From: Peribolospora baueri
Taxonomy: Eukaryota
DNA length: 64,000 nt
NCBI GenBank assembly: GCA_029717555.1
Contig: JAMDHS010000009.1
Coordinates: 1-64,000 of the forward strand
Direction of reading: 5' to 3'
Shown: piece by piece, positions 51,194-63,000 of the stretch
Layout of the letters: each line of letters opens with the position of its first letter
Numbering within the stretch: position 1 is the first letter of the stretch
Program-made: the position numbers and the translations under genes
The notes under the pieces: model-generated
Told to the model about the DNA's origin: nothing
Seen by the model: the letters and a program-made list of their open reading frames with translations, nothing else
Database searches by the model: none

Positions 51194-51315
51194 CGTCAGG
51201 TCAGCTCAAGTAAAAAGTTCAGTCAGGTCAGGTCAGCGCAGGTCAACAAAGGTCAGCGCAGGTCAGCAAAGGTCAGCTCAGCTCAGCTCGGCTCAGCTCA
51301 GTTCAGATCAGGTCC
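51194..51315 (+). repeat. Degenerate pentamer array (GGTCA/GCTCA/GTTCA) upstream of the PUF gene
   Basis: gtcaggtcaggtcagcgcaggtcaacaaaggtcagcgcaggtcagcaaaggtcagctcagctcagctcggctcagctcagttcagatcag. Confidence 0.7.
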
Positions 51316-51580
51316 AGGGATCCATCCTCCAATCCCCCAAAGGTGTCGCATTGTACCATAGGTCAGTCTCACCTTCTTCCTATCGCCCTTGCCTCCCTCC
51401 TAACCTCTCACCCTTCCTTCCCCTTCTCATTCCCCCGCCAGGCCTCAGCGGAGCAAGACTCTCCAGGCCGTCCCTTGCTACCATACTCGGCTTCGCCACC
51501 CTGTCGCCCGCGTCCATGCCCATCCGGCCTCTCTCTATCTCTCCCGCCAGCGCTCGCACTCCCTTCTTCCTCTCCCCGCC

Positions 51581-54500
51581 ATGGACCCCAACCGCCGTTC
51601 GCCCCCCGCCGACAGTCGAGTAGACGACCACGACCACGACCACGACTATGACCACGACAACGACCGCATCCTGTCCCACAGCCACCTCAACGGTCATCCT
51701 CCCGCCGGCCCGACGCCCACGTCGTTGTCCATGTCCCACTCCCTCCCCAGCCTGCCCCCGCCCTCCCAAGCACACAGTCGCGCCAACAGTCCCGCCAACG
51801 GCCTCGATCGCGACCGCGACCGCGACCGCGACGGCTCGGACGACGCTGGCAGCAACGTCAGCGCTGCCGATCGCTCTCAGTTTGTCAAGAGCCCCAGCGA
51901 GTTCCTCGACCTCGCTGACAGCGCCGCTAGGAGGGGCGTCCCTCCGCCCGACATTCAAGAGGTGAGTCAGTCGGAGGAGGGCGAGAAGGAAAGAACGAAA
52001 GACCTTGACTTGTTTCCCTACTCGCTCTCGACACAGAGAATCGAACAGAAACGCATCGAGCACGAGCGTCAGCGGGCCATGCAGCGCCAGATCTTCGAGG
52101 AGCGCATGAGACTCTTGCACCTCCAGCACATGGAGGAGGAGCGCCAACTCCTCCATCACCAGCAACAGCACCGCCAAGCCTCCGATGCCAGCAGCGTTCA
52201 CCGCTCCCCCTTGCATGACTCCCCCAAGGATGGCCCCCACCTCGACTCGTCCCAGCCTCCCAGCGACGCCGCCGCCTCGGCTCCCGCCACGCCTCTGCCC
52301 GACCCGGACGCGTTCACCGGCGCCGTTCAGCACTCTCCCGTCCATGACGACTCCTTCAGCGCCGATAATCTCCTCTCCTTCGCCGCTCGCCGCGCTCACG
52401 GCCTCCTCCCCAACGTCGCCTTCGCCCGCTCCATGCCCGTCTCACGCAGGGCCAGCGGCCCCGACGGCGTCCAGCTCTCCGCCAACGGCTTGCCCAAGCG
52501 CTCCGACACCGACGTCGACGTCGACGACGCCTCCCTCCGCGCTCTCACCGGCGCCTTTGACCGCTTCGCCGTGGCCGACACCAAGGCCGCCAACGCCGGC
52601 GCTCTCCCTTCCCCAAAATCCACTTTGCCGCACAACCTCAACGAGACCCAGCACGGCGTCCTCCAGCGCATGCTCATGGCCCGCCAGCACTCTGGCGGTC
52701 AGCAGCCGGCGCCCGCCCACGCTCAAACCCAACGTCCCCCGTCGGCCAGCCGCAACGCCGGCGCCTCCTCCGAGGCTGGCACCAATCCCACCTCGGACAA
52801 CTACACCCCCGTCTTCAACGAACGCTTCCTCTTCGACGACGAGCTGGACAACGACTCGGCCTTTGTGAACAAGTACATCGACGCCCACGCCCAACAGGAC
52901 GATGACGACAAATTCCCTATCCTCGTCCGCCGTGACTCGTTCCCCGGCATGCTCAGCGCCTCCTCCGCCGCCCTCGACCTCGCCCCGCTCTCCCAGACCC
53001 CCCCGCGTCACGGCAGGTTTGGCGGCACAGAGAACGGCCCCAAGCCGTCCGAGTGGCCTCAGTTCCACCGCGAGAACGAACAGGACGGTGGCGCCGGCGC
53101 CAGTCTCCCTCCTCGTTCGCCTCACGGCAGGAGCGAGCGCAGTTCTCCTCGTCTCGGTCTCGGCAACAACAACAACAACAACAACAACAACAACGGCTCC
53201 GGCGCCCGTCATCAGACCTTCCCCCTGCCCTCGCCCCGTCTTCGCTCCGCCGGCAGCGGCCGTACCTCCCCGTCCATGTCTGGCCCCGCCGTCGGCAGGG
53301 CTACCGCCCCTGGTACTCCCGGCCCGTATGGCCCCGCCGGCGGCGCCGGCGACCACAGGCGACAGAGCGGTGGTGGTGGTGGCGGTCCAACGAGCCCGTC
53401 CGCCTCGACGGCCACCACCGCCATGAGCAAGGGTTTCTCCAGCTCCGACCTGCCCGGCTTGCAGCAGCAACACCACCATCACCACCAGCAGCGAGGGGGC
53501 CAGCAGCAGCACCATCAGCACCACCAGCACCACCAGCACCAGCATCAGCATCAGCACCCAAAAGTTGGCGGGCTCTCCGGCTTCGACCTCGACGCCCGCC
53601 TCACCCCCGCCACGCTCGCCCAGGCTGCTGCGATCGCCAACACGCCCACGGCGGCCAGCGCCAGCAGGGCGACCAGCCCGGGAGCGCCGTTCGGCGGCGG
53701 CCTTAACGCGCTTTCGCCCTCTGGTTTGAACACGCCCAGGAGCAGGCCCGCCTCGGGCTACTTTGACGGCTTCCCCCCCGCCACCAGCGCTGGCGCTGCT
53801 GCTGCTGCTGCTGCTGCTGCCGCCGCCGCCGCCGCCGCCATGCTCAATCACCCGCAGCCGTTGGGCGGTGACGCCAAGTTTGTTGGTCAGCCCAAGCTCA
53901 CCGGCGCGGGCGCGGGCAAACACAACAAACGCGGCGGCGAGCTGGACGTTAACCGGTTCGCTGGCACTCGCCTCGAGGACCTGCGCGGCGAGATTTTCGC
54001 GCTATGCAAGGACCAGCACGGTTGTCGGTATCTGCAAAAGAAGCTCGAGGAGGGCGTGTCCGAGTATCGGGACATGATCTTTGCCGAGACGTTTGCCCAC
54101 TTTGCCGATCTGATGACGGACCCGTTCGGCAACTACCTTTGTCAGAAGATGCTCGAGTACTGCACGGACGAGCAGCGCAACCTGATCGTCGAGAGCGTCG
54201 CCGCAGAGCTCGTCGGCATCTCACTCAACATGCACGGTACGCGGGCGGTGCAGAAGACGATCGACTTTCTTTCCACCCCGCGCCAGATCCACAGCATCAT
54301 CGTCGCGCTGAGCATGAACGTGGTGACGCTGATCAAGGACCTCAACGGGAACCACGTGATCCAAAAGTGCCTCAACCGGCTCTCGTCGGAGGACAACCAG
54401 TTCATCTACAACGCTGTCGCCGCCCACTGTGTCGAGGTCGCCACTCACCGCCACGGCTGCTGCGTCCTCCAGCGGTGCATCGACCATGCCAGCGACGGTC

Positions 54501-55150
54501 AACGGATCCAGCTGGTCACCGAGATCACCTACCACGCGCTGACCCTCGTTCAGGACCCGTTCGGCAACTATGTCGTCCAATACGTTCTCGATCTCAACGA
54601 CAGCCGCTTCTCCGACGCCGTCATCCGCCAGTTCATCGGTAATGTGTGTCTGCTGAGCGTCCAAAAGTTTAGCTCGAACGTGATCGAAAAATGCATCCGG
54701 GTGAGCGAACCGTCGACGCGGCGGCAGCTCATCGAGGAGCTCCTCAACCGTCCCCGGTTGGAGAAGCTGCTCCGGGACAGCTTTGCGAATTATGTGGTCC
54801 AGACGAGCCTCGACTACGCCGAGCCGCTCCAGCGGATGCAGCTCGTAGAGTGCATCAGGCCCATCCTGCCCATGATCCGCAACACGCCGTACGGCAAGCG
54901 GATCCAGTCCAAGCTCCAGCGCGACAACGTCGACCTGGCCGTCGCCGGACACAACGCGGCGACGATCAACTCGTACGCTCTCCTCCAGGCCGCACAGCAT
55001 CACCATCAGCTCCAGCAGCAGATGGCCGCCTTAGCCGGCGCCGCTGGTAGGCCCCAGGCGCCTGGCGCCCCGGGTCCGAACGACTTTTTCGCTGCCGCCG
55101 TAGCCGCCACCGCCGCTGCCGGCGGGAACCCGTTCGGCAACATGTTCCAC

Positions 55151-55191
<41 letters not shown>

Positions 55192-55696
55192 CGTCGCTCA
55201 AACCGCCGCCGTCCACGGTCATCACGGCGGTCCCGGTCCCGGTCCCGGTCCCGGTCCCGGCGCCCCTGGTCCGAACTTGATCCATCAGGGCGCCGCCGGC
55301 GCGCAATTGCAGGCTTCCGCAGCCGCAGCCGCTGCAGCCGCTCATCACTCCCAGTCGCATCAGCAGCACCCTTCCGGCGCTCATCCGCTCCACGGCCATC
55401 CCGGAGCTCACGCCCACGGTCTCGGCCAGCACGGCGGTCCCATCGGTCTCGGTGGCCCCGCTCACGCTCACGGCCATTCGGCCGTGTCAGGCGCCGCGGC
55501 GGCAGGCTTCGGCGGCGCTGCCACCGCCGCCGGCACGTTGGGCAATATGAACATGAACATGAACGGCCTCGGCGGCGCCGGCTTGAACGGTATCAACGGC
55601 TTCGGGCCAGCGGGAGCGGGAGTGGGCGCGGGCATGCCTGTCGGTCTCCCCGGCGCGTTTGCCCACGGCGCCGCCGCCTTCCCATATATGGGCTGA
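51581..55696 (+). CDS. Pumilio/PUF RNA-binding protein (Puf4/Mpt5-like) with extensive low-complexity regions; likely in-frame intron ~51962-52036
   Basis: Eight PUF repeats: CKDQHGCRYLQK, DPFGNYLCQK, NMHGTRAVQK, DLNGNHVIQK, HRHGCCVLQR, DPFGNYVVQY, QKFSSNVIEK, DSFANYVVQT. Confidence 0.93.
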
Positions 55697-55761
55697 CTGA
55701 CGGTGTTCATAGCCCACGCCGCATCTTCTTCTTAACTAGAAGGCCACCCCACCCCGTCGTT

Positions 55762-55793
55762 GGTCGGTCGGTCGGTCGGTCGGTCGGTCGGTC
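55762..55793. repeat. (GGTC)8 tetranucleotide microsatellite downstream of the PUF stop
   Basis: ggtcggtcggtc... run. Confidence 0.85.
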
Positions 55794-56220
55794 GCGGTGG
55801 CGCATGCCCCCATTTGTCTTGTTGTCCTCTTTCTCTTTCTTTCGTTTTTCTTCTTGCTTCCGACCCAACCGGACTTGTCCTCGTCCCCCTTTCTTCTTTT
55901 GCATCGTCTCCCTCCCCATCCATACATCCATCCATACATCCCCATCTCATCTCCCCTTTACCAAGCGCCGGCGGCAGTCGCTCGCCGTCGCTCTCCCCCC
56001 TCCGCCCCTCAGCGTCCCGTCCCGACCCGAGTTCCCCTCGCTAAAGCTCAATGTACGTTGTATTCAAATTCAACCTGTACACTTGGTATGCGCAAGAGAA
56101 AATATGTTTCCCCCTCGGTTTGCCTTTTCATCCGCGCTCTGTCCCTTCTTCCTCTCTCTTCCTCTGTCGATGCTTCCTTCGAGTCCGATGCTCCAACATC
56201 GATCCCATCCGTCATTCCAT

Positions 56221-58230
56221 TCAACCACCACAGCCGGGACAACAATGAAGGACATCGTGGACAAAGGCATCGCAGTCTAGGCAGAAGTGTCGTCCGCATC
56301 GCGGGCACGCGTACCGGCCTGTTGCTGAGAGGCCCGAGTCTGGTGGTGGTGGTGGTGGTGCCCGTCCTTGTGCTTGTGCTTGTGCTTGTGCTTGTCCTTG
56401 CCCGTGTCCTTGTCCTTGCCCGTGTACGTGTACCTGTCCGTCTTGGCGTCGTTCCGTGGTGGCGGACTTGACGAGGGGGAAAGGGGCGTCACAGGCGTAG
56501 CAGGACGGCGAAGGTGGTGGAGATGCGTCGGGGCTGTGCGCGAACGAGTCGGATCGGTCCAAGTTGTGGATTAGAATCAGCGAGGTCAAAGAAGAAAGAA
56601 AGGGTAAATCCCGGATGGCCGGACCGACCGACCACGGCACTCACTCTAGGACGTCGACGGCTACCCAATTCGGCACCGGGAACAGGTGATGGTAGCTCCT
56701 CGCGAGGTGAGTGCTCATGACGATCGTCAGCTCGCACACGGGGCAGTCCGTCGGCACCTCGCACACCTTGCTCCCGCACCGCGGACACAAGTACCCACCG
56801 CTCCCGCCCCCGGCCCCGCCCCCGCCCTTCAACATCGAGTGGCAGGCGCACATGCTCGCTGGCGCCGACTTGGGTAGCCGCACGGGAAAGCCCATCAGCA
56901 GGAGGTCCGTCGATGACGCCGGTCCACCACCACCTGTGAACGCGCCGCCCGAAGCGGCCGACGCGGCGGCCAGCGCGCGCACCGCCGGCGGCGGCACCGT
57001 CTCGAAGAGGAGGTCTTTAAAGTGCACTTCGTCGAGGGCAACGCCGAACATGCCTCCCGTCCTTTCGCACGCCTCCCTACACACTTTCACCTCGGCAGCG
57101 AGGGCCACGACGCTGACGCGCACCTTGTCTCTCGCCAGCGCATCGATCGTGTCGTGGACGTTGCCTGGATCGCACGTGGTGAGAGAGCCAAAAACGACGA
57201 GAACCTCGCGCGAGTTGGAGGTGGGAAGATGCCTGCAAGTGCGCCCCAAGACGACACGCGGTCAATGAACCGTGGAGTGAAGGGAGAGGACGGTCGCCGG
57301 CTCACGTTAACAGGGCCCTCGCCTGCTCGAGAGCGTTTTGGAGAGACGGCTCGCCCCGAGGCTCAAGCTTGCGCTTGTTCATCAGAGACGACACGTGGTC
57401 GGTCGTGTTACCTGGTGAACGTCGACCAAAGGGCGAAAGCGTCAGCGGATATGTCGTTCGACGAACACACAAGGTCGACCGCCTTCTCTTACCTCCCATG
57501 GGCGCTATTCGCTCCGCGATGCCCTCCCTGGTCCCGATGATGGCCAGCTGGCCGATCGGGTTTTGGTCAAAGTACTCGGCCACAAACTCGCGAGCATATT
57601 GCAGCATCAGTTCAACCCTGAAGACGTCATCGAAACCGGGACGATGAGCGAGCTGGCGCGGCACGCCGATAACCACGGGGACCCACCTCGTTGGTCGCAG
57701 ATCCTTTTCCAGCATGCTCGCCGAGAGGTCTAAGACCAAGACGAGGTGCCGGATGATGCCGCGCTGGATCGGAGCAGTGTCCCGAAGGGTCCTGGGTGGA
57801 CCGTGAGAAAGGAAGGGAAGGTGAGAATGAGACTCGCGCTCAGAGGTGAGTCGGATAAGTGAGGCGCTACGCACCGCTTGCGCTTGTTCGCCTCCATGAG
57901 CTGCCTCACCGTCCCCTCCAGGCTTCCGCTCTCGTCTTCCTTGACGACGTCCCAGCTGCGCTTGTAAGTAGCCTCCCACGCATACCCGTCCTTCGCCTTC
58001 TCCTTTCCCTTTCCCTTCAACCTGCGCGCTGCCGCTCCAGACGGACGAGCCTTGCCCTTGGCTTTGATCCCCCTCGGGCGGGAGGACCGGCCGTCGGCGT
58101 AATCGTCGTCGTCGTCGACGGCGGCGGCGTCGCGGGGAGCGCGGTAGTCGGCATCGTCGAGGTCGTCGTCGCTGAACCCCGGGTCATCAGACATCGAGAG
58201 GTCATCGGGATCCACGTATTCACCGTCCAT
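56221..58230 (-). CDS. SSL1: TFIIH subunit Ssl1/p44, multi-exon
   Basis: [75 protein letters not shown]-terminal FC.DCD.FVHD.LHCCPGC. Confidence 0.95.
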
Positions 58231-58734
58231 GCTCCGCTGTCGACGCGTTCAAGATGGAATGCAGTCCGTCGTCGGCCGCCCAACGAAGGAGTCGCCCGCG
58301 AAGGGGGCCTGATCGATTAGTCAGCGAGTGCCGCAGTCCCGGCTCGACGTGGTCCGAGCGTAGGGCGAGCGAGGCATGGAACGACGATTCGTGGTTGGCA
58401 AAGCGATTGGCCTTTCGTACCTCTTCTACGCATTCCTTGTTTGTGCTCTGCGGCTTCTGGTTCGCGAAGCAGCGAGTAGACGCTCGAGTGTCATGTCTCC
58501 GTCCGTCGTCTTCGCCTTCCGATACGCTCGCTCGTTCAACGATCAACACCCGGGGGCAGAGAAAGATATAGACATGCACGGAAATGACGACGCTACATGT
58601 CAGGGAGGAGGATTCTTAACCGCACCGTGACTTGTTTCTGAGACCCTCCAGCGAGGAAGCCCGCGGGGAACGGAACTGCGAACGTCGAAAAAAGGAAACA
58701 AAAACAAAAAAAGAGGCGACTGGAAAACCCCTTC

Positions 58735-61622
58735 TCACACGCTCAACCAATCTGCAGGAAGGTCCAATGGCTTTACGTTCCACACGTTGTCCACGTACTC
58801 CTGCACCGCTCTGTCGGACGAGAAGAAGCCCATCCTGGCGACCGCGCGGATCGTCTTGGCGGTCCAAGCGTCGCCGTCCGCGTACGCCTCGTCGACAAGC
58901 CGCTGGCACTCGAGGTACGAGGCAAAGTCGTCCGAGACGAGAAATCGGTCGCCTTCGTGCGTGATGGAGCGGAGGAGGGACGAGAACGGATTGGGATCGC
59001 CAAAGACGCCTCGCTCGATCGCCTCGAACACGACGCGGAGATTCGCGTCGAGGGGCGTGTCGCCAAAGACGTGGCGGTGGCGGAGCTCTTCGACCTCCTC
59101 AGCAGAGTGACCAAAGATGAACATGTTCTCCGCGCCGACCTCGCGGGCGATTTCAATGTTCGCCCCATCCCACGTGCCGATGATGAGTCCGCCGTTGAGG
59201 ACAAACTTCATGTTGGACGTCCCCGACGCCTCGGTGCCGGCGGTGGAGATGTGCTGGCTAATGTCCGACGCCGGCGCGATGATCTCGGCCTTGGACACGT
59301 TGTAGTCGGCGATGAAGCAGACCGAGAGCAGGCCGCGTACGTCCGGGTCCGCATTGACGACCGAGGCGACCGCGTTGATCAGCTGGATGATCGCCTTGGC
59401 CTGATAGTAGCCCGGCGCGGCCTTGCCGCCAAAGATGCACGCCCGCGGCTGCTCCTTGCTCCTTTCCTCCGCGCTCGCCGCCTTGAGACGGAGGTAGCGG
59501 TGGATGACGGAGAAGATGTTGAGCTGCTGGCGCTTGTACTCGTGAATCCGCTTGACCTGCACGTCGAAAAGCGCCTTTTCCGGATCGATCTCCAAGCCGT
59601 TGTATTTCTTGATGTACTCGGCTAGACGACGCTTGTTGAGCAGCTTGACCTCGCGGAATCGTTGACAAAAGGCCGGATCGTCGGCGAACCTTTCGAGTCC
59701 GGAGAGCAGGTCGAGGTCCCTAACGAATTCGTTCGTGCCGAGCGCCGAGGTGATCAGCGCGCTCAAGCCTGGGTTGGCCTGATGGAGCCACCTTCGAGGG
59801 GTGATGCCGTTAGTGACGTTGAAGAATTTTTTCTCGTCGCGGAACACGGCGGCAAAGTCGGCAAAGATGGTGCGCGCAATGAGGGCCGAGTGGAGCTCGG
59901 ACACGCCATTGACCTTGTGCGAGCCGACGATGGCCAGGTGAGCCATGCGCACAAACTTGGGCGTTGACTCTTCGATGATCGAAACCCGAGCGAGCAGACC
60001 CCTGTCGTCGGGAAACTTTTTCTCGACCGACCTCAGAAAATCGAGGTTGATGTCGCTGGGTAGGGCCAAGTGGGCGGGGGGGGGGGGGGAATCAGCGAGC
60101 GCAAAACGCTGACCTGAATAGGGACTGGCTCCGCGCTCACTAGATGATTTCGAGAATCCTCGGGAGGAGATGCTCCATCATGGGGACGGGCCATTTCTCA
60201 AGGGCCTCGGACATGATGGTGTGGTTGGTGAAGCCAAAAGTCCGGGTAACCTGCTCCCACGCAAGGTCCCACTCGACGCCCTCCTCGTCGACGAGGATCC
60301 GCTGGAGCTCCGGGATGGCGATCGTGGGATGGGTGTCGTTGAGCTGGATGGCCACCCGGTTCGAGAACTCGGTCCAATGGAGCTCGCTCTTCTTGAAACG
60401 GCGCACGATGTCGTGCATCGACGCGCACACCCAGCTGAAGAGAAGGGGACGGGAGAGGGCATAGGGACCATCAAAGTTCTTTGAATGTGAGCGTAGGCGG
60501 CGGACGGACGGTCATCGATCGCGGCGGTCCGCCACGTACAAGTACTGCTGCTTCAGTCGGAGCTCCTTGCCCCGGTCAAAATTCTCGTTCGGGTAGAGCA
60601 CGGCGGTGATCGTACCGGCCTCTTCGTGCTCCCTCACCGAGGAGGCGTAGTCCCCGGCGTTGAAGCGTTGAAAATCAAACTCGGTGTTGGGCCTGGAGGC
60701 CCAGAGGCGAAGATTGTTGCACGTCTTGGTGCCGTAGCCCGGGATGGGACAGTCGTAAGCGACGGCAAGCACCGTCTGTCCGCCTTCCCAGACGGAACGT
60801 CGGCGTCCTTCGTCGTCAGTGTGCTTGCGCACCCATCCGCCGAAGCGGACGGGGACGACGATGTCGGCGCGGTGCACCTCCCAGGGGTTGGTGAACGAGA
60901 GCCAGCTGATCGGAGGGAACGCGGGTCCTTCTGAACCTGAGCGAGGCGCTGCGGGTGGGCAGAGGAGCAGAAATGCAAAAGAAAAAGGGAGTTGGACGAA
61001 GGACTCACTAGTCGGGCTGTTCGTGCTGCTGGCCGTCAACGATGGTCTGTTGAAAGATACCGTACCGGTAGCGGATGCCGTATCCCCAACCGGGGAGGTT
61101 CATGGTGGCGAACGAATCGAGGTAGCAGGCAGCTAGACGGCCGAGGCCTCCGTTGCCGAGCGCAGCGTCCTGCTCGGTCTCGATGAGGTCCTCGAGACGG
61201 AAGCCGAGCTCGGCGACGCCGTCGCGGACGACAGACTTGACGCCGACGTTGAGCATGGCGTTGTCGAGGGCGCGGCCCATCAAGAATTCAAGGGAGAGAT
61301 AGTAGACACGCTTGGGGTCTTCGAGCGCGGTGGACTGGTGGGTCTTCTCCCACATGGACACGAGGCGGTCTCTGACGGTGTGCGCGGCGCTCTGGTATGC
61401 GGCCACCTCGTCGCAGTTGTACATGTTACGGGCGAGGCCGGAGGTTACGTACCGGACAAACTCATTCTCGAACCCGTCCTTGTCCTCGAACTCTGCGGGC
61501 AAGGCGCGCGTCCAGGCTAGGCGCTGCTTGAGAGGAATAGACTGGTGGGCCTGCTCGAGCTCATCTCTGACAAGGCCGGTGTGGGAGCGCTGGCGGGCGG
61601 GCCTGGTGACGCCGTCGGGCAT
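58735..61622 (-). CDS. GPH1: Glycogen phosphorylase, multi-exon
   Basis: YYLSLEFLMGR, DAALGNGGLGRLAAC, QLNDTHP, NGITPRRW, QVKRIHEYKRQ, EASGTSNMKF (PLP lysine). Confidence 0.97.
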
Positions 61623-63000
61623 GTCGGAGAGAGGAGAGAGGAGGGCAATTTGCGGACTGAAAGGAGAAGATGCAAACTGAGCTTTCTATACGACAGGGGG
61701 GCCGAGGTTATATGACAAGCGTAGCCCATCCGGGGCTAGCTAGGAGAGCGTGGGCGGTCAGTCAGTCGTGCCTGCCGTCCGCCCGTCCGTCACGACCTGG
61801 CAATCTCGTGCTGTCCAATCTTGGTTACTGGCTTGCATCTGGGGGTTCGCCGTCGTGCATCAGGTGTCCGTAGGGGTGCAAAGTGTTGTCATCGCCCCGC
61901 GAGTTGCGGGGCGGTCTGACCGACGAACGTGGCGATCGTGACAGGGAAGGGAGAGTGAGCAGAGTCCATGGGTCGAGGAGGACCAAGAACAGGTGCAGCG
62001 AGCCAAGAGCAACACCACCAAGGTCACCATCCTCCACATGGCCACGGCGACACCGTTACTTTCCTCTCCCCTTCGCACTTCCTCTTACCACCTCTCGAGT
62101 GCAAGTCACCCCTTCGATATCATCAACGTCAACAGCTCACTGCTTATCACGTGATCAACGCACGTGATCGGCCCCGCAGGTGCCAGGGAAAGGTAAGGTA
62201 AAGGAAAGAAAGTTGCGGGGGTCGGGACACGGCCGTCGCTTTCGTCGTTCGTCGTTCGGCCCATCGGCGAGACGAGACGAGACGAGATGGGCTGAGACGG
62301 GTAGATCGGTGGGAGGGAGTGAAAAGGAGGGAAGAGAAGAGGTGGGGATGCGAGCGAGCGGTGATGGGCACGGTGATGGACGAGTGCAGTGCCCTACAGT
62401 AACCTCCCCCATCCTTCTCTCTCCCATCGCCTTACTTGTTGGTCAAACGAGCGCTCGCGGAGTGGACTGACTAGGCGAGTGCCCCTCCTTTCCGCTGTGC
62501 CGTCTCTGAGCGTCGCTCGCCTGTCACTCTCGTTCTTCCGTCGACGCGCGACGCGCGACGTCCGTTCCCCTCACTATATTCACAAGAGGTATACATACGC
62601 CTGGAGAATTATATGTAGTCGGGCGGACCGGGGAAAGTGTCGTAACCTGTCGCGCCTGCACGGGAGGGAGTGACAAGACAATGATGCGGTGGGGGATGAG
62701 GAGCACTGTCCTACAGAAAGTGGGGGGTATGAGAACTGATGGAAGTCGTCAAAGTGCGAGAAGGGGTGAATGTGCGAGGGAAGACGTGGGATGCAATATG
62801 GGCGACGACGTATAGTGGCTACAGCACTGAGGGGACGTTCGAGTGGACGGGGAGGAAGGAAGGAAGCAAGACGGGTGGGCGTGTCATGAGCAGACAGGAA
62901 CAGCCAGGCGGAGCAGCACGATGGGGCGAACTCACAAGTAGATTGGTATAGGGGAGGAAAAGAGAGAGAGAGAGAAGGAAAGGAGGTCCCAGTCAAGAGT

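Noticed and set aside
50598..51315. Short direct repeats as a CRISPR-like array or transposon ends
   Set aside because: Units are 5-12 bp without unique spacers, the context is eukaryotic, and no cas, transposase or RT motifs occur in the window.
49456..51361. ORFs with CVCVCV, YVYVYV or HIHIHI runs
   Set aside because: Translations of microsatellites and pyrimidine tracts, not credible proteins.
52442..55006. Long antisense ORFs (493 and 261 aa) opposite the PUF gene
   Set aside because: Expected from GC-rich codon bias of the sense gene; no independent motifs.
55688..55705. Stop-codon readthrough (TGA CTA type) giving cryptic extensions
   Set aside because: The PUF stop context is TGA CTG, and the stops I checked (HAD, PDX3, GPH1) lack the TGA CTA context.
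60076..60089. Poly-G run as a G-quadruplex or phase-variation tract
   Set aside because: It lies inside a GPH1 intron, between branch site and acceptor, where it reads as a poly-C pyrimidine tract on the coding strand.
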